A stretch of DNA of 63,975 bases, filler included, from Reclinomonas americana ATCC 50394 (taxonomy: Eukaryota), in NCBI GenBank assembly GCA_048213135.1. It is 16 parts of 16 records of this genome, joined end to end, with 100 filler letters (N's around TTAATTAATTAA, not from the genome) between each part and the next. Parts side by side here need not be neighbours in the genome. Positions count along the whole stretch, not along the records: positions 24,843 to 33,569 come from AFZH01021111.1; positions 33,670 to 36,413 come from AFZH01021112.1; positions 36,514 to 49,103 come from AFZH01021113.1; 13 more parts are not named here. The stretch is one strand, 5' to 3'. The translations under genes were made by a program, and so were the position numbers. This document shows, in pieces, positions 31,038 to 45,600 of this stretch (the first letter of the stretch is position 1; each line of letters starts with the position of its first letter). The notes beneath the pieces were generated by a model that was given only the letters and a program-made list of their open reading frames with translations, made no database searches and was not told the DNA's origin.

Positions 31038-33569
31038 TCAATTGTTGTTGTTGTTGTTGTTGTTGTGCATAACAAGGAGGGAAGAATTGCGGACGGCACT
31101 CACTCGCTGCGTGCGGTCATCGGCATCCGAGGGCGACCGTCGCTGCTGTCCACGATGGTGTGTGTGTCGAAGCTGTTGCTGCTGCTGCTCTTCATCAAAC
31201 AGCACGGCATCCTCGTCGTCGGTGGGAACGCGCGAGCCGGCAGCATAGCTTTCAACATCGTCGCCGCGGGTCACGCTGGGGACGGTGACTCGCACCGGTT
31301 TCACAGTGGGCCCAGACACGGCGTCGTGGTGTCGTGGCGGGGTCGGTGGCTTGTGGCGTCCATAGGCATGCTGCGGTGGTTGGTGTGCTCCTTTGTAGGT
31401 GGCTGGTTGTGGTGGTGGCGGCGTCATGACTGGCTGCGAGTGGCGTTCTCGTGGGGCCGTTTGAGTCGACGATTCACCTGCTATCAAATCTCAGTAAGCA
31501 AAGTGTGTCAATCGGGCCGACAGGAGCTGCACGCACGCACGCACCGTGACTCTTGGCGTTGGCCAGCAGGTAGCCAAGCGGATCGGGTCCCTCGCCGCGC
31601 GGAGCGTGCATCACATCGAGGATCTTGCTGAAGCGCGAAAAGTCCGCCACCTGTCTCGCCGCCACCAGCATGGCTTCGGTCTGCGTGGACGGCATCACAA
31701 ACTGTGTGAGACCATAATAATAACTTAAAAAATGAGAGTCGAGGAAGCAGCACCTGTGCGGCTCGGCTGTCCATTTCCTCGCGCACAGCAACAATCTCTC
31801 TCCTCAGCTCGTCGCGATCGCGACGCGCGCCGTCGAGCTCCTGATGGTTGTCAGGCGGGGGAGGGCAGACAAGAAATATATGCAGAGCTTGCAAACCTGT
31901 CGCACACTGTGCAGCTCGTCAAACTGCATCTGCAGCGCCTGCGCCATGGCCGTCTTGTCCTGCTGGTCCATCTGCATCTCTTGTCGCACCTGCAACTGGA
32001 CAGTGAGAAAAAATACACTTGAAACAAAAAATACGGGTCACACACTCACCTCCTCCAGGAAGGAGCGAACTCGCTCCAACGTGTCCATCACATGAGTGGA
32101 GGCGGCTGCCAGCAACCTCTCCTCTCGCGAAGGCTCCGCCATTGGCAGTGTCACGAGAGCGTCGCGGACGCGTCGAACGTCGGCGTGCATGTCGCGCACG
32201 GCCAACGCACGCGGATCAGTAACGCTGCTGTCGTGTTGCAGTGGTGGCGACAGAACGACCGCGTCTCTGGCGACTGTGGTTGTCGTTGTTGTCGAGGCCG
32301 GTGGTGGTTTGTTGCTGCTCAAGCCCACCAGAGTGTCGTACTGAAGCAGCAATTGCTGCGTCGATGTGGCAGTTGGGCTGCGGTTGCGTGGCTTCACCGG
32401 CGACGGCGATGCGTCGATCTCGCTGGCGCTCTCGTCGAACAGCAGCCGCTTTTGGCTGCGACCGGGACCGGCAACGAAGCCACTGTTGGAAGATTCGGGA
32501 GACGACGCCGCCGACAGTGGTGGCGAGAGCAGCGGCTGTCGCGTCAGCGTTGTAGACACGTGGGTAGCCTCGTGCCGAACGACGGCCGACGACGGCGGCG
32601 CAGAGGACGACACTGCACATATTGTGCAGGATAAAATGAGCAATCGGTACAAGGCACACACAAACACACACGTAGCGCAGTCCTCCGCGACAGACAAACC
32701 CTGCGAAATCTCAAACGTCGGATCCAAGCTCTCCTGCTCCAACTCGCTCACATCGGTCACTTCCACTCGTGGCCGGCCATCGGCGACGACAGAAGCCGTC
32801 CGCCACTCCTGCGCACGTGCAAGCGTGTAAGGACGCAGAAGTGGACGAGAGACGTGCACACACGCACAGACGTACCTTGGCCACTTGCTCCAAATTTACA
32901 GCCTGCTTCTTGATCTCGGACAAGTCGGAGCGCGCCAGCGTCATCAGCACTGACTCCTGCACGTCCTTGTACCGTCGCTGCGTAGAAAACACACACATAC
33001 ACACTCAATACAATGTGTCGTAGCGGGGGGAGATCACATGCACGGCGCACCAGAAAGTCCTCATCAATATCAAACGAGAAATCGGCACTCAAGCGCAAGT
33101 GCACGGTGCGATCGGCGCTGAGCTCTGCACCCTCCGGCTGGTCCACATACACATACACATACACAAGAAGAAAGCGATGAGAGACTATCGTCGACGACAG
33201 GGAAACAGTGTGTGCGAGTGTGTTGGGTACCAGTGCATCGGCGTCCATCACCAACTCGTCGTCCTCATCAGGGTCGCGACGAAGGCTGCTATCTGTCGCC
33301 GACTGCGGAGCGACTAGCTGCGGCGCGACGGGTGGTGCTGCCGTAGGTGCTGCCGAGGGAGGTGCAGATGGCGCCCGTGTGGACACCACCGACAGTGGTG
33401 AGGAGCGCGTCTGGCGGGCAGCCCGACTCCCACGGCCATCCACAGCCGGAGAAACGGTCATCTGCGCGAGACACGCACCATCAGCCCCGGTCTCGCCCTC
33501 TCAAACATACACGAGCACGCAACCTCGACACTAGGTGACTTGTCGTCTCCTTTTTCTTCCTTGTCAAAC
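31038..33569 (-). CDS. multi-exon Ser/Pro-rich and coiled-coil protein, 5' partial (possibly the tail of the giant receptor)
   Basis: GT-AG bounded exons joinable in frame, coiled-coil stretch VRQEMQMDQQDKTAMAQALQMQFDEL..., final exon with Q5 and terminal N8. Confidence 0.55.
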
Positions 33570-33669
33570 NNNNNNNNNNNNNNNNNNNNNNNNNNNNNNN
33601 NNNNNNNNNNNNNTTAATTAATTAANNNNNNNNNNNNNNNNNNNNNNNNNNNNNNNNNNNNNNNNNNNN

Positions 33670-36600
33670 GGGCATGAACGCAATGTGCAAGGCCGAGATC
33701 ACAATGCAGGCAAAGGCGAGCGCAAACGACCGCGACGATTCTTGGTCGAAAAGCGCCACGTAAAGCGCAATGAGAATAGTACGCCTGCATGCAGAATCGA
33801 GAGTGAGTCAACCAAGATAAACCCACACAATCGTGCATGGTCAGGCAAAGGAACGAACCGAGCGACAAAAATCACTTCCCAGTAGAACGCGCGACTGCGG
33901 TAGCACGAGTAGAGCACGGCGGCGCGCTTGCGGAACTTTTCACTGCCGAGCTTCTTCTTCCAGCGAGCCCACAACAGGAATATGAGCAGTCCAATCGGTC
34001 TGTGCCAGCGGGAAACAAATGAGTAAACTACCGCCCTCTTTGCTGGGCACATGGCATGGAGCAGCAGACACAAACGCAACCCGGCAGCAACGAAGCAGGC
34101 CAGCAGAATGTAGTAGAACGGAAGCCAGGTCTTGTACTCGGACGATGAGCAATCAATGTCGGGAGACGAGGCCACGAGCTTGGCCGTGCCGACCTGCACC
34201 AAAAAAAGGCCAACCGAGTCAGAAGCAGCACACACATACACAACAATCACTGTGCTCGCGCATCGTACCGAACGACAGTTGATAAACTGCAGCACAGTTT
34301 GCGTGACACTGGAGTACGCGAAGAGCACCAGGAAAGCAAACGTATGAATGTAGTTGTCCATTTGCACACGACGGTCGGGATCGGCATCGTCGCGCTGCTG
34401 CCGAATTCTCAGTTTCATGTCCTTCCAGCGTCGCCGCGGCTCACACGTGCGTATAAACTGTGTTGCGTTCACAGATGCAAGTGAGCGAACGACAATTATG
34501 TATGCACGAAGTCAACAACAGGGCATCAATAGCACAACGCACCGCCCATAAGAACCAGGCAAAGTTCTTGATCTCAAACTCGTACCGCAACCACACCCAG
34601 TTGACGCCGAACGACATACAAAGGAAGACGCCGAAGATGATTGGCAACAATAAAATGAAGCCAGACTTGGCGTAGAACGAAAGCGGTGCAACGCATCCGT
34701 CACCACTAACTTGCTGGAAGTCGACGTTGAAGAATGCAAACAACGAAAGGAGACTCGAGTTGGGACCGAGCAGAAGCTGTATGTGCACGCAAGGAATATG
34801 CAGTGAGCAACGGACACACTCGCGTCGCGTGCGCTGAAAACGGAACCTGCACAGTCTGGGCAAAGTATAGGAGAATCTTGAATTTGCCAGATGACGAACG
34901 GCCAATCCACAACAAGGCCGCCACGTAGAACCACGCCAGGAAGAAGAGACCCCACACGGCCAGCCAGTTTGTACCACGGCAATCTGTACAGAAAAAATTA
35001 ATCCACTGGCCGACGGGATCTGACACGGTAACTGAGGCCGCAACTGACGCATTTGAGGCCCCAGTTGAGACGGCCGTCGAGACAGCGAGCACACAGCGGT
35101 GAGTTGATGTCGCGGTACGCGCCGCAGGTGTTGTTCGCCATACAATACGTGTCAGGACACTGATACACCTGATACAGGTCGCCGTTGCGGTAGAGCCAGT
35201 AACCGTCTTGGCTGACAGCAGCTGCTCCACCGGCCGCGCAGTTGATGCCATCTTCAGTGCACTGTGTGCATTGGCCATAAGCCACGAGCGTGTAGCTGCC
35301 GGTCGGGCACGGCGTGCACTGGCGACCGCCATTCGTCAGATTCTCGCCCACAGTGCAGTTGCGTACCACCAGCTGCACACTGGCCGCCTGCAGGCCCGAC
35401 GATGAAACTTGCAGCGCGACTGTGGAGCCCGGAGTGGCCAACACCGCGAGGCCCTAAATTACAGTGGAAGCGAGAGCAAGTCAGTTGCCAAATGTTGAAT
35501 GGTAGGGAGGAAGAAGAGATAGAGAGAGAGAGCGAGCCGTACCGTAAACGTTGCTCGACCCATCGACACAGACTTGGACGTGAGACCTGTGACGTCGACA
35601 CCGGCCGCAGTACTGCGCACTTCGACAATCGTGCTGTTGTCAGTGGACACCACATCGCCAGTCTGATCAACCAGCGCCACCACCAACGGCGTCGTAATAG
35701 TTTGACCCGAAGTGATGACGGGCGAGAAACTACCAACAACCTGCACGCCCTTGGCCACTGCACAGGCGGGAAAGACAAGCACGACAAATGCAAAAGAGAT
35801 GAGCACTGAAGCGGACACATCACATAAACTACAAAGAAAAACAATGTCACCGCACCAGATGCCACTTCGTCGCCATAGTTGGCGTCGTTGTTGGTAAACT
35901 CGACAGTCATGGCCACAGTCGGCTGCACATTGGTCCACATGATAGCACCACCAGAGCCAGTGGCAAAGTTGCTGTTGAAAACCGTCATGCCGGTGAACGT
36001 AATTGTCTGCGTCGAATCTCGCAGCGCAATGTCACGAGACCGCACATCGCCGCGACGCACACGACCTTGAGCAAAGAAGCCAGGAACAGTGTCGTCGAGC
36101 GACGTGTCGTGCACCACCGGTTGCGTAGACGCAGTCGTGTCAACAACGTGCGTCTGGTTGAACGCAGCGACCGAGCCACTGAGCGCCAACACGTTCCAAC
36201 TGGACGGCATGCCGTCACTGACTGCCAAGTTGTTAAGCGACGTCGGCACACACGAGCCGGTCGACGCGCAGGTAATGTACACGGCGCCGCCCATAAAGGC
36301 GGTGTTGGCGGAGAAATCGCAGGCTGACACGGTGCCGACTGACTGGGAAACGTACAGGCCACCGCCTTGACCACTGCGGAGCGACGACATGAAGCATTAA
36401 CACACAATCACACNNNNNNNNNNNNNNNNNNNNNNNNNNNNNNNNNNNNNNNNNNNNTTAATTAATTAANNNNNNNNNNNNNNNNNNNNNNNNNNNNNNN
36501 NNNNNNNNNNNNNTGTGACAGTAGATAGTGTGTCGATGGCCAGGCCGCCTCCGCGGTCGACGGCCGTGTTCTTATTGAAGGTGCTCCCAGAGACCGAAAG

Positions 36601-39600
36601 AGATTTGCTGCTGAACGCGTACACCGCACCACCAGCCTGGGCCGAGTTGCTGGTAAACGTCGCACCACTCACAGTCGCCGGGCATGACTCAAAGTAGAGC
36701 GCGCCACCGGCGACTGTGCCCTTGTTGCTCGAGAAAGTGCTCGGTGTTCCAGAGCCGCTAATGTCCATTTGAGAGCCAGAGAGGCAAAACAGGGCGCCAC
36801 CGCGGCCATTGACAGCCGTATTCGAGCCGAGAGACACTGACGTCAACGACAGCCGCGACAACACGGCGTACAGTGCACCGCCATTGCCGGAAGACGCCGT
36901 GTTGGAGATGAACTGAGCTTCCGACACAGTAAACGTGGTGGAATCGAGGAAGAAGGCGCCGCCGTTGGGAGCGCTGTTCGTCGACAGCACGGACGCGCCC
37001 TGCAGCGTGAACTTGGAGGCGATAATATGCCCGGCTCCTCCTGTGACTGGCGCCGAGTTACCGGTGAGCGTCACCGACGTGGCCGTGATCCCCGACGACA
37101 CCGAGTAAATGCCGCCGCCTTGCGACTCGTCGGAAGTGATGGCCGAGTTGCTCGAGAGAGTCACCCGCGACAGCGTCGCTGTGGCACTCACCAGGTACAC
37201 GCCGCCACCTTGCGTGGCCGACGATAAGGTGATCGTCAGGCCACCACTGAGATTCACCGTGGAGGCGGACACGTAGATACCACCGCCGCCAGCACCGGTC
37301 GACTTGCTGCCGGATATGGTACCGCCCACCACCGTCAATGTAGATGACACCGACACTTCTACACCGCCGCCATTGCTGGTGGCCGTGGAGCCAGTGATAG
37401 TGGAATCCGTGATATTGGCAGTGGTGCTACGCGTGATGGAAATCGAGCCGCCGGTGCCAGTGCTGCCGCCCTGTTGCATGGAGCATCCAGACACGGAGAG
37501 TTGTGCACTCGCGGCACCAATGTCACCTCCAGCCGTCGTCACACCAGCCGAATTCGACGACGCGCCAGTGACAGCACGGTTACCGCTGAACGTGCAAGTT
37601 TTGATCAACACCGTGGGAATTGTTGGAGTCACCGACGTCTGCCGCTGCACGTACACGCCACCACCGGCGACGGCCGAATTGCTTGAGAACGAGCACTGCA
37701 TGGCGACAAAGTATGAGAAAAAATTATATTACACATGAGGGGTACGCAGTACGAATTACTCACCGCATCGATGATGCCGGCAGTGAGATCGAGTTGCAAA
37801 CCGCCACCTGTAAGAGATGCGGTGTTGCCAGAGAAGTTGACTTGCGACACCACAGGCTCTGAGCGGAACACGAGGCCGCCGGCTCCAGTCGTGGCTCTAT
37901 TGCTGGTCACTTGCGACAGCGAGGAGGACGAGGGGCCGAGGATACGCGAGGTACCGCTGTCGGAAACCACAAAGCCTCCACCGTACACAGCCGAGTTCTG
38001 GTTGAGCGTGAAGCCACTGAATGTGTCGTTGCCGCCGCTGAAGAAGGCGCCACCACCACCCTGCACCGATGTGTCCGAGTACAGTTGGCCTTGAGCCGTG
38101 TTGTTGAACAGCGTGACGCCCGTCAGCGAGGTAGTGGAGCCGACAAAGTAGAGACCACCACCGCTCAACGACGCAATGTTGCTGGAAATTGCCGTCGGCG
38201 ACTGGACGCTGGAGCGCGACTGCGCAAACGCAACACCACCGCCGTACTGTGCTCGGTTATTCTGCACAGTCAGCGACACATAGGTTGCCGATGCACCAGT
38301 GTCGTAGATTGCGCCACCAAAGCCCGTCAGTGCCGTGTTGTTGGAGAACGTGCAGCCAGTGACCACCGTGTTGTTGGCGGTGCTGCTGACAAGAAGTGCA
38401 CCGCCGTTGCCGGCCACAGCGCGATTTCCAGAGAACGACACAGTGTCCACCAGCGGCGCAGCCGTATCCACAATCGCCATGGCGCCGCCACCGTTGCCGG
38501 AGGCGGAGTTGTTGATGAACTGCACGTTACGCACCGTCGGTGACGCCGTGCTGCGAATAAGCATGCCGCCACCCTGCGTGGCCATGGCGTTCTGAATGGT
38601 GAAGCCTGTCACCACCGTGGAGCGAGTGGCTCCAACGTCCAAAGTAAACGCCGGACCAGCGCCCTGACAGTCCACCACCGTCTGCCCAGGGCCTGCGCCG
38701 GCCACAGTGATAGCCGAAGTGACAGACAGCTGACAATCGTCTGGCGTGTTGTACAAGCCAGGTCCGACACTCAGCGTGCGCCCATCGTTGGTCGTCTCAA
38801 TACCGAATCGCAGAGTCTTGCACGGGTTCCTGTGTACACGAGAGGGATAGAGAGAAGGTGAGCAAATGAAAGGAAACGAAAGAGAACAAAACGAGGAAAT
38901 GAGTGTGACGCTACGTAACGACTGCTGCCCGCAGCACGTGGCGTCGTTTCCGGTCTGCGCCACATACACGGTCGACAGCGTAAAGTTGGCAACGGTGGTA
39001 AACACAAAGTTGTTGACTTGCTGCTCGGCAGTGAGGAAGCCGCCGCAGTTCTTCACGCGGCTGAACGCGCCAAACGCCTTCGAGTAGCGGACCACAGAGA
39101 GTTGCTGACCAGGAATCTGCGAGTTGAACGTCGTCAAGTTGACATTGACATCGAGCGTGCCGGCCAGAGTGGCGTTGCCGATAACGTTGAGCACGGCATA
39201 GTTGGTACTGTCAATGACGTCAACCTGCAGCGTCGATCCCGCCGACAGGAACACGCTACCCGTCACTTGCAGCTGGCCAACTGGATCCAACGTCGCGTTG
39301 CCGGCAATCTGCAGCTGACCAACCACAACGCCGGGTCCAACAAGAGTGCCCGACTCGATGTCGACCGTCGCACCGTTGGCCGTCGAAACGGTCTGTCCAT
39401 TCATTTGCACCACGCCACCAAGGTTGATCAGCTGACCGAGACCGTTGAAAGCCATGACGCCGCGCTGCAGAACCAGTTTCGCTGCTGAACCTTGCAACTT
39501 GAACGGAGCGGAGAGCGGAATCGTGGACGAGGCCGTCGGTAGCGACACAATTGTAGTACCCATGCTCACAAATGCACAGCCAGCACCAGCCGTACCGGTG

Positions 39601-42600
39601 GGCGTACCAGTGCCGCCAGTAGACGACACCGTGAGTGTGCTGCCGACGCCAACTTGCAGTGTGGCACCGTTACGCAGGTACACCTGCCCGGTGCCCGACC
39701 AGGTGGCCGTGTTTTGCAAAATGACCGAGCGAGTGTCGAGGAACTTTAGTCCATCGCCAGCAAGAGACGCCTGATTGGTAGACACCAGATTGCCGCTGCC
39801 CAGTACAGTGCCGGAGAGCCACTGGAAGAGTGAGTTGATGTTGATCACGGCAGTGGAGGTCAGAATGCCGCCGTCGAGGATGAGCTGCTGTAGCGCCAGC
39901 GTAGAACCACCATTGTAGGAAATGGTTCCGCGCACCAGCAAGGTGCCAAGGTTGAGATTGCCACCGGCGGTGTTGATGTTAAGGATACCACTGGTCAAGA
40001 TACTGACATCGGGTCCGAAAGAGGTGAGCGTCGAGCCCGCGGCAATCTCCAGAATACCGGTCTCACCACCAATGACTGTATCGGAGCCGATGGTGATGTT
40101 GGCGCTGCTGGCAAAGTTTGTGGTCACTCGGAGAATGCCAGACTGCACAAGCAGTGTGCCAGTGACATTGACGTTGAGCGAACTCGCGGAGCCGAAATTG
40201 CCAAACTCGATCTGACCACCAGCCACCGTCAAGGCGGAGAACGACTGGAAGTTACCGAGAACGGTGGTGGAGGCACCAGCCAGCACAATAGGACCGTTGA
40301 AAACAGCCGACGAACCGGCATTGAACACGAACGTGGAGCCACTGACGGAGGCGGCAATCTGGAAGAGTGTACCAGTGGCCGTGGTGACCGTACTCTGCCC
40401 AATGATACCACTACCGAGAAGCGTGAGTTGGGAACCGGAGTTCGTCATGCTCAACGAGGACCCGTTGTCCAGAGTCAGTGCGCCACTAATGGTGAGGCTG
40501 CCACCAGTCACCGTCACTTGACTTGTGCTGTACAGACTGAAATCGAGACGACACGAGCCGGTGCCGGTCTTGGTGACCAGGCCGCCAGGGCTCTGCAGCG
40601 AACTCGTAGTGCCCGTGTCGGACTGCGTGAAACCGCCTTGCACGCAGTTGAAAACCGAATTGGTCGGATTGATAACCGTACAGTTGCCGACCATGGACAC
40701 CGGCACCGAAGACGACAGAGTCATCGTGGCCAGATTCTTCAGCTGCGCAAACGACAGCGTCTTCGAAGCACCTCCGGTCACACTCATGCCTTGCTGCAAG
40801 ATGGCGGTGTTGGCAGTGCTGCCTCCGAGTTGACCGCCCTCCCACACCAGCGTCGGCTGGAAGGTGACCGTGTCCTGGTACAGCAGGGAGCCATTGCGCA
40901 GTGCCACTGATCCCGTGACAGTAATATTGCGCCCAAGCGGGGCCACAAACTGACCGCCACTGAGTGCCAGCAGCGCGCCAATGACCACATTCTTGGCCGA
41001 ACCACCAAACGTCACAGAGGCACCATTCGAGACGCTCAAGCTCGCCAATTCGTACGCAGTCGAAGTCACCGTGGCACCCGATTGCACGGCGATTTGCGAG
41101 CCTGTGCCATCCGCCACCACAGTGTTTCCAAAGCTGACCAAGTTGGCCGACACGATGACCGTGGAATTCGTGGCCACAGTCGTATTGGTGGCAATTGTCA
41201 GCGAACCGCCATTCGACACCGTCAACGAACTACTCTGCGACAGCGCAAGGCCGCCATCGGTGGTCACCAAACCGCAGCCAGCCCCGCAAGCCACAGTACT
41301 CTGTTGCGACAACACCAGAGCGTTGCTGACGTTAAGCACCGACTGCACAGACAGTTGCGCGCCAGAGCTGACTTGCAAGCTACCGACAAAGACTCGGGCA
41401 AACGAGGACGCCACCACAGACGTGCCGGCACCAGTAACTTGCAGCACAGTACCCGTATTCGAGTTGCTGGTAATCTGCGAGTTGATGGTGCACGTGAAAC
41501 CGTTGCTAATGGTCAGGGCGGCAGAGGTGGCCATGTTAATCGTCGACAATTGTCCAAGGAAGCAACCGCCAGCCAGTGTGAGCTGACCACTGTTGGCGAT
41601 ACTCAGCGTCGAATTGCTTACAGTAAACGAACCCGAAACAGTAAATGAAGACGAAGCCGGTACGGAGAGTGTGGTGTTGGTGACCTGGAAGGTCGACGAC
41701 GTGCCACTGAGTGTGACCGTTGGGCCGACAGTGCTGACCGGCCCAGTCAGAGTCATGGTGACACCCAACTGCGCCGTGAGTACCGGCGCGGAAATGACGG
41801 TGGTGCCGGCGACGCGAAGCGCCAACAGTCCCTGAAGAATGCCGCCAGACATACCGCCACTAATCGGCGACGCGCTGAACGCATCAGACACAGATACGGT
41901 GCAGTTGCCGTTGAGGAAACCAGCTTGCAGGTTCAAGGTGGCGAGTGACACGGTGCCCGACGCGGCGCAGATGAACTGCGAGTTGGCACCATTCAACGTG
42001 AGGATGGCCGAATCGAGCGTGGAGCCGCCAATGTCCAGCTGCGCTTGCGACTGAACCAGAGTTGTGCCGGTAACACTCAGTGTCACCGACGACGACTGCA
42101 GCACCATGGATGCAGCAGAGCCGGTGATGGTGAGACTCGACAACTGCAGCGGTGAGGCTGGAGTGCACGGAGCCGCTTGTGGTCCCAGAGTCAGCGTGCC
42201 AAGAACAGACAGTGTAGATCCGACACTGGACACGCACTGCTGGCCCGGAGTACTGCGAGGAATAGACAAAAGAATGAGCCACACACAGGAAAACAAACAG
42301 GAAAACACACAGAAATGGGCAAACCTGGTGACCGAGAGAACACTGAGCTGCGAACTGACGGCGACACTCAGAGGCCCAGAGACGCCAAAAGAGCCCACGG
42401 TGCTGAACGAGGAGCCCGTGAGGAGTGACAGTGCGGCCGTGCCTGACAGCACAAAGCCGGATGAGGCGGTGCCGGACAGTTGCGCTCCACTGGCCAGAGT
42501 GACTGAGCCAGCGCTCAGCGCGAACTGTCCCGTGAGGGACCACGTAATGGCGCCAACCGACACAGTGCCTTGCCCACTCCAGCTGCCGCCGCCAGTGACA

Positions 42601-45600
42601 GCTCCATTCAGCAGGAGCGCAGAGGAAGTCGCACCCAGAGTGACAGTGCCACTCTGCGTAAAGGCAGCATTCAGTTGCAGCGTGGTTCCCGACTGCACAG
42701 CCACAGACGCTCCGCTAGCCAGCGTCAGGGGGCACGCCAACGTCGTGTTGAAGTTCGTGGACGGTGCCGACACACTCGGTGCAATCGTCAACGAACCGGC
42801 ATTCACCGCCAAACACGGAATCGTAGTAGACGGGGGAGTCGACGAATCCACCAGTACAGACGCAGCGCGCAGAACGAGCGAACCCGCCGACACCACCAGC
42901 GCCGAGGGAACCGCCACATCGATTGGGGCGTCCACAGTCAGAGGAGCAGAAGCTGAGTTGTCTGACTGCACCAGTTGACAGCCGCCAGCAAGAAGGCGAA
43001 CCACTGGTGTTGAGGGCATGACAACCGGCGTCGTGATGGACCCACCACCACTCAGTACCACACGACACGCGGCAGTACCAGTAATGCTACCACCGGTCCA
43101 CGAGAACACTCCGCCGACGGTTAGTGACGCCGCACCGAGAGACACGGTGGCAGACCCAGACAGTGTGGCACTGCCCGACGTCTGCATACCCGGGCCCAAC
43201 AGCACATTGCCGGCCGCACTCAGCGAAATGACGCTGAGCGGTGCCAGCGTGGACGGACTGTAGGTGAACGAGCCACCAGCTGGTACCTGCACGGCACCCA
43301 GCGACACTGACGTAGACGGGGAACAAATGGTCACAGCGGAAGCCACCGTGACCGATCCAGTGGCAATCAACGACTGGCCACCAAGTGACGACAGGCAAGC
43401 TCCGGAGATAACCGAGAGCACACAATCCGCGCACACGGACACGGAACCTTGCGCCGTTGTCTGGCCGCCGACGACCACAGTCGACGTCGACTGTAGCGAC
43501 AAGCTGGACGACGAGGCCATCGACAACTGCCCATTGACACTAGCGGTCACCGATGTCGACACGGACAGACTGCCGCCGGCATTCACAGTGGTCACCGAGC
43601 CGCTGCCAAACGTGTGCATGGCGGGACCGGTGAGCGACAGAGTGCCGTCCACAGTATTCTGACCAGTGAAAGTGCAGTTGGTGGCTGCGCTAAAGGTACT
43701 CGAAGCGGCGACAGAGAGCGTTCCTCCCAACTGCGACGGCGACTGCAGGGCGAGGATGCCCTGCATAACACTAATCGCAGCCGAGGCGCCTGACGATGTC
43801 ACCGAACAGCCGATTTGCAGTGAGCCAGCTCCGGAGGACTTGATCAGCGTGCCAAGATTCGTGAGCTGACACTGAGATGTGGAGTCGGCTGTGAGGAGCT
43901 GACCAGTGCCGAGCGAGAGTGTGCCGCCCGCCGTGACGGAAATAGAGGCTCCCGATTGCAGTCGCAAATCGACGGCGGAAATCGTCATGGAACCGCTCAC
44001 CACCAGACTGACACCAAACGTCGCGGTGAAGGAGCTGAGATTCTGCGTTCCCGTCACTTGAATACTGCCCAGACCAATGAGCGAACCAGAGGTGCCCCAC
44101 TGCACGGACACAGCCGACACCTGCGAGTTGATCCACAGTGTTGAGGTGGAGCCGGCAAAGGTCAGGCCGGCAGTCGTGATCTTGCCGACCGCGGCGTCCA
44201 CACCGGGCGAGTTGAGCAGCGAGCGGACCAGAGTCGCCGGGCACGTGACGCACTGCAACGACGTGATGCCGGAGACTGCGGTATAATTGCTGACCAAGGC
44301 CACCAAGCCGTCCGACACCACCACCGAGGTGGCAGCAACATTCAGCGCACTGCCATGCACGTAGGCGCCGCAATTCGAGATGGATAGAGTATTCGACGAG
44401 AGCGACGTCGTGCCCACCGTACAGGCCGTCACTTGTCGCGCAACGGAAAGCAAACTGTTGTCGACGCTGACCGTAGAGCCGAGAGAGTCCGTACACGCCG
44501 TAGACGTAAGCGTCATGGCACTGCCGGCTGCCAGCTGCAGCGCGTTGGCAACCGTACACTGACCGGCGGCGATAACCGTCGACGCGCCATTCACAGTGAG
44601 ACCGCCACCAAACTGCATAACCGACGACGTCGACGTGCTCTGCACCAAACTGCCCGACGAAATCACCGTCGGCGACGACATGGTACCGTCCATAACAAGA
44701 GAACCGCTGACAGAGAGAGTCACCGAATTCACCACCAGCGTCGTGTTCTGGAAACCGTGGAACGAACCGCCGATTGACACCGAAGTCGGTGTACCGGCAA
44801 CACCCATGACCACCGCCGAGCCAGACGCCAAAGTCCACGAACCGGTACCCGAGGCACCCCCGAGCACGTCAAGCTCCACTTGCGGCACCGTCAGCGACAC
44901 AGCACCCGAGTTGACGATCTGACGACTCAGCCGCAGTGTACTGCGTCCGGCAACACTCACAGTGCCTGAGGCGGCGACTGACACGGGCAAGCCCAGCGTG
45001 ACCACCGTGCCGCCGACCGCATTGTTCGGCACATTCACAGTCAAGGAACCGGCCACAGAGAGTGAACTCGTCGTCAAAGCCGTGGTGCCGGCCGTGGCCG
45101 TTGTGGCGAAACCACCCGAGGTGAGCAACACAACTTGCGCACCCGAGTTAATCGTCACACTTGCTCCGTCGTACAGCGTAATGGCACCCGGCTGCGACTG
45201 CGTCAGCACACACGGACTGGCGACCACAAGAGTGGCACCACACAGCAAGCCGGGGGTCTGCTGCGCAGCGGGCTGCAGCTGCGACGCTGTACCACCCACC
45301 AAAAATGATGCACCAGGGCCGCCAAGCGAGCCGCCCTCCCACACCATGCTGCCCGCAACATTCACCACGCAATTCGCCAGCAACAAACCGCCGTTGGCCA
45401 AGTTAAGCACACCAACCGAGAGGCACTGACTGGCAGCAAGAGTAGCAGGAGTACACACGGCCAGACGACTCATCAGATCACCGTAACAAGTCGCAACATC
45501 GGCCGACGTCACCGCCGTGCCAACACTGACCAGGCCACCGTTAACAGCGAACACCGTACTGGTGACGGGCGCCGCAGCCGGCAGTGTCAGTGCTACTGCA

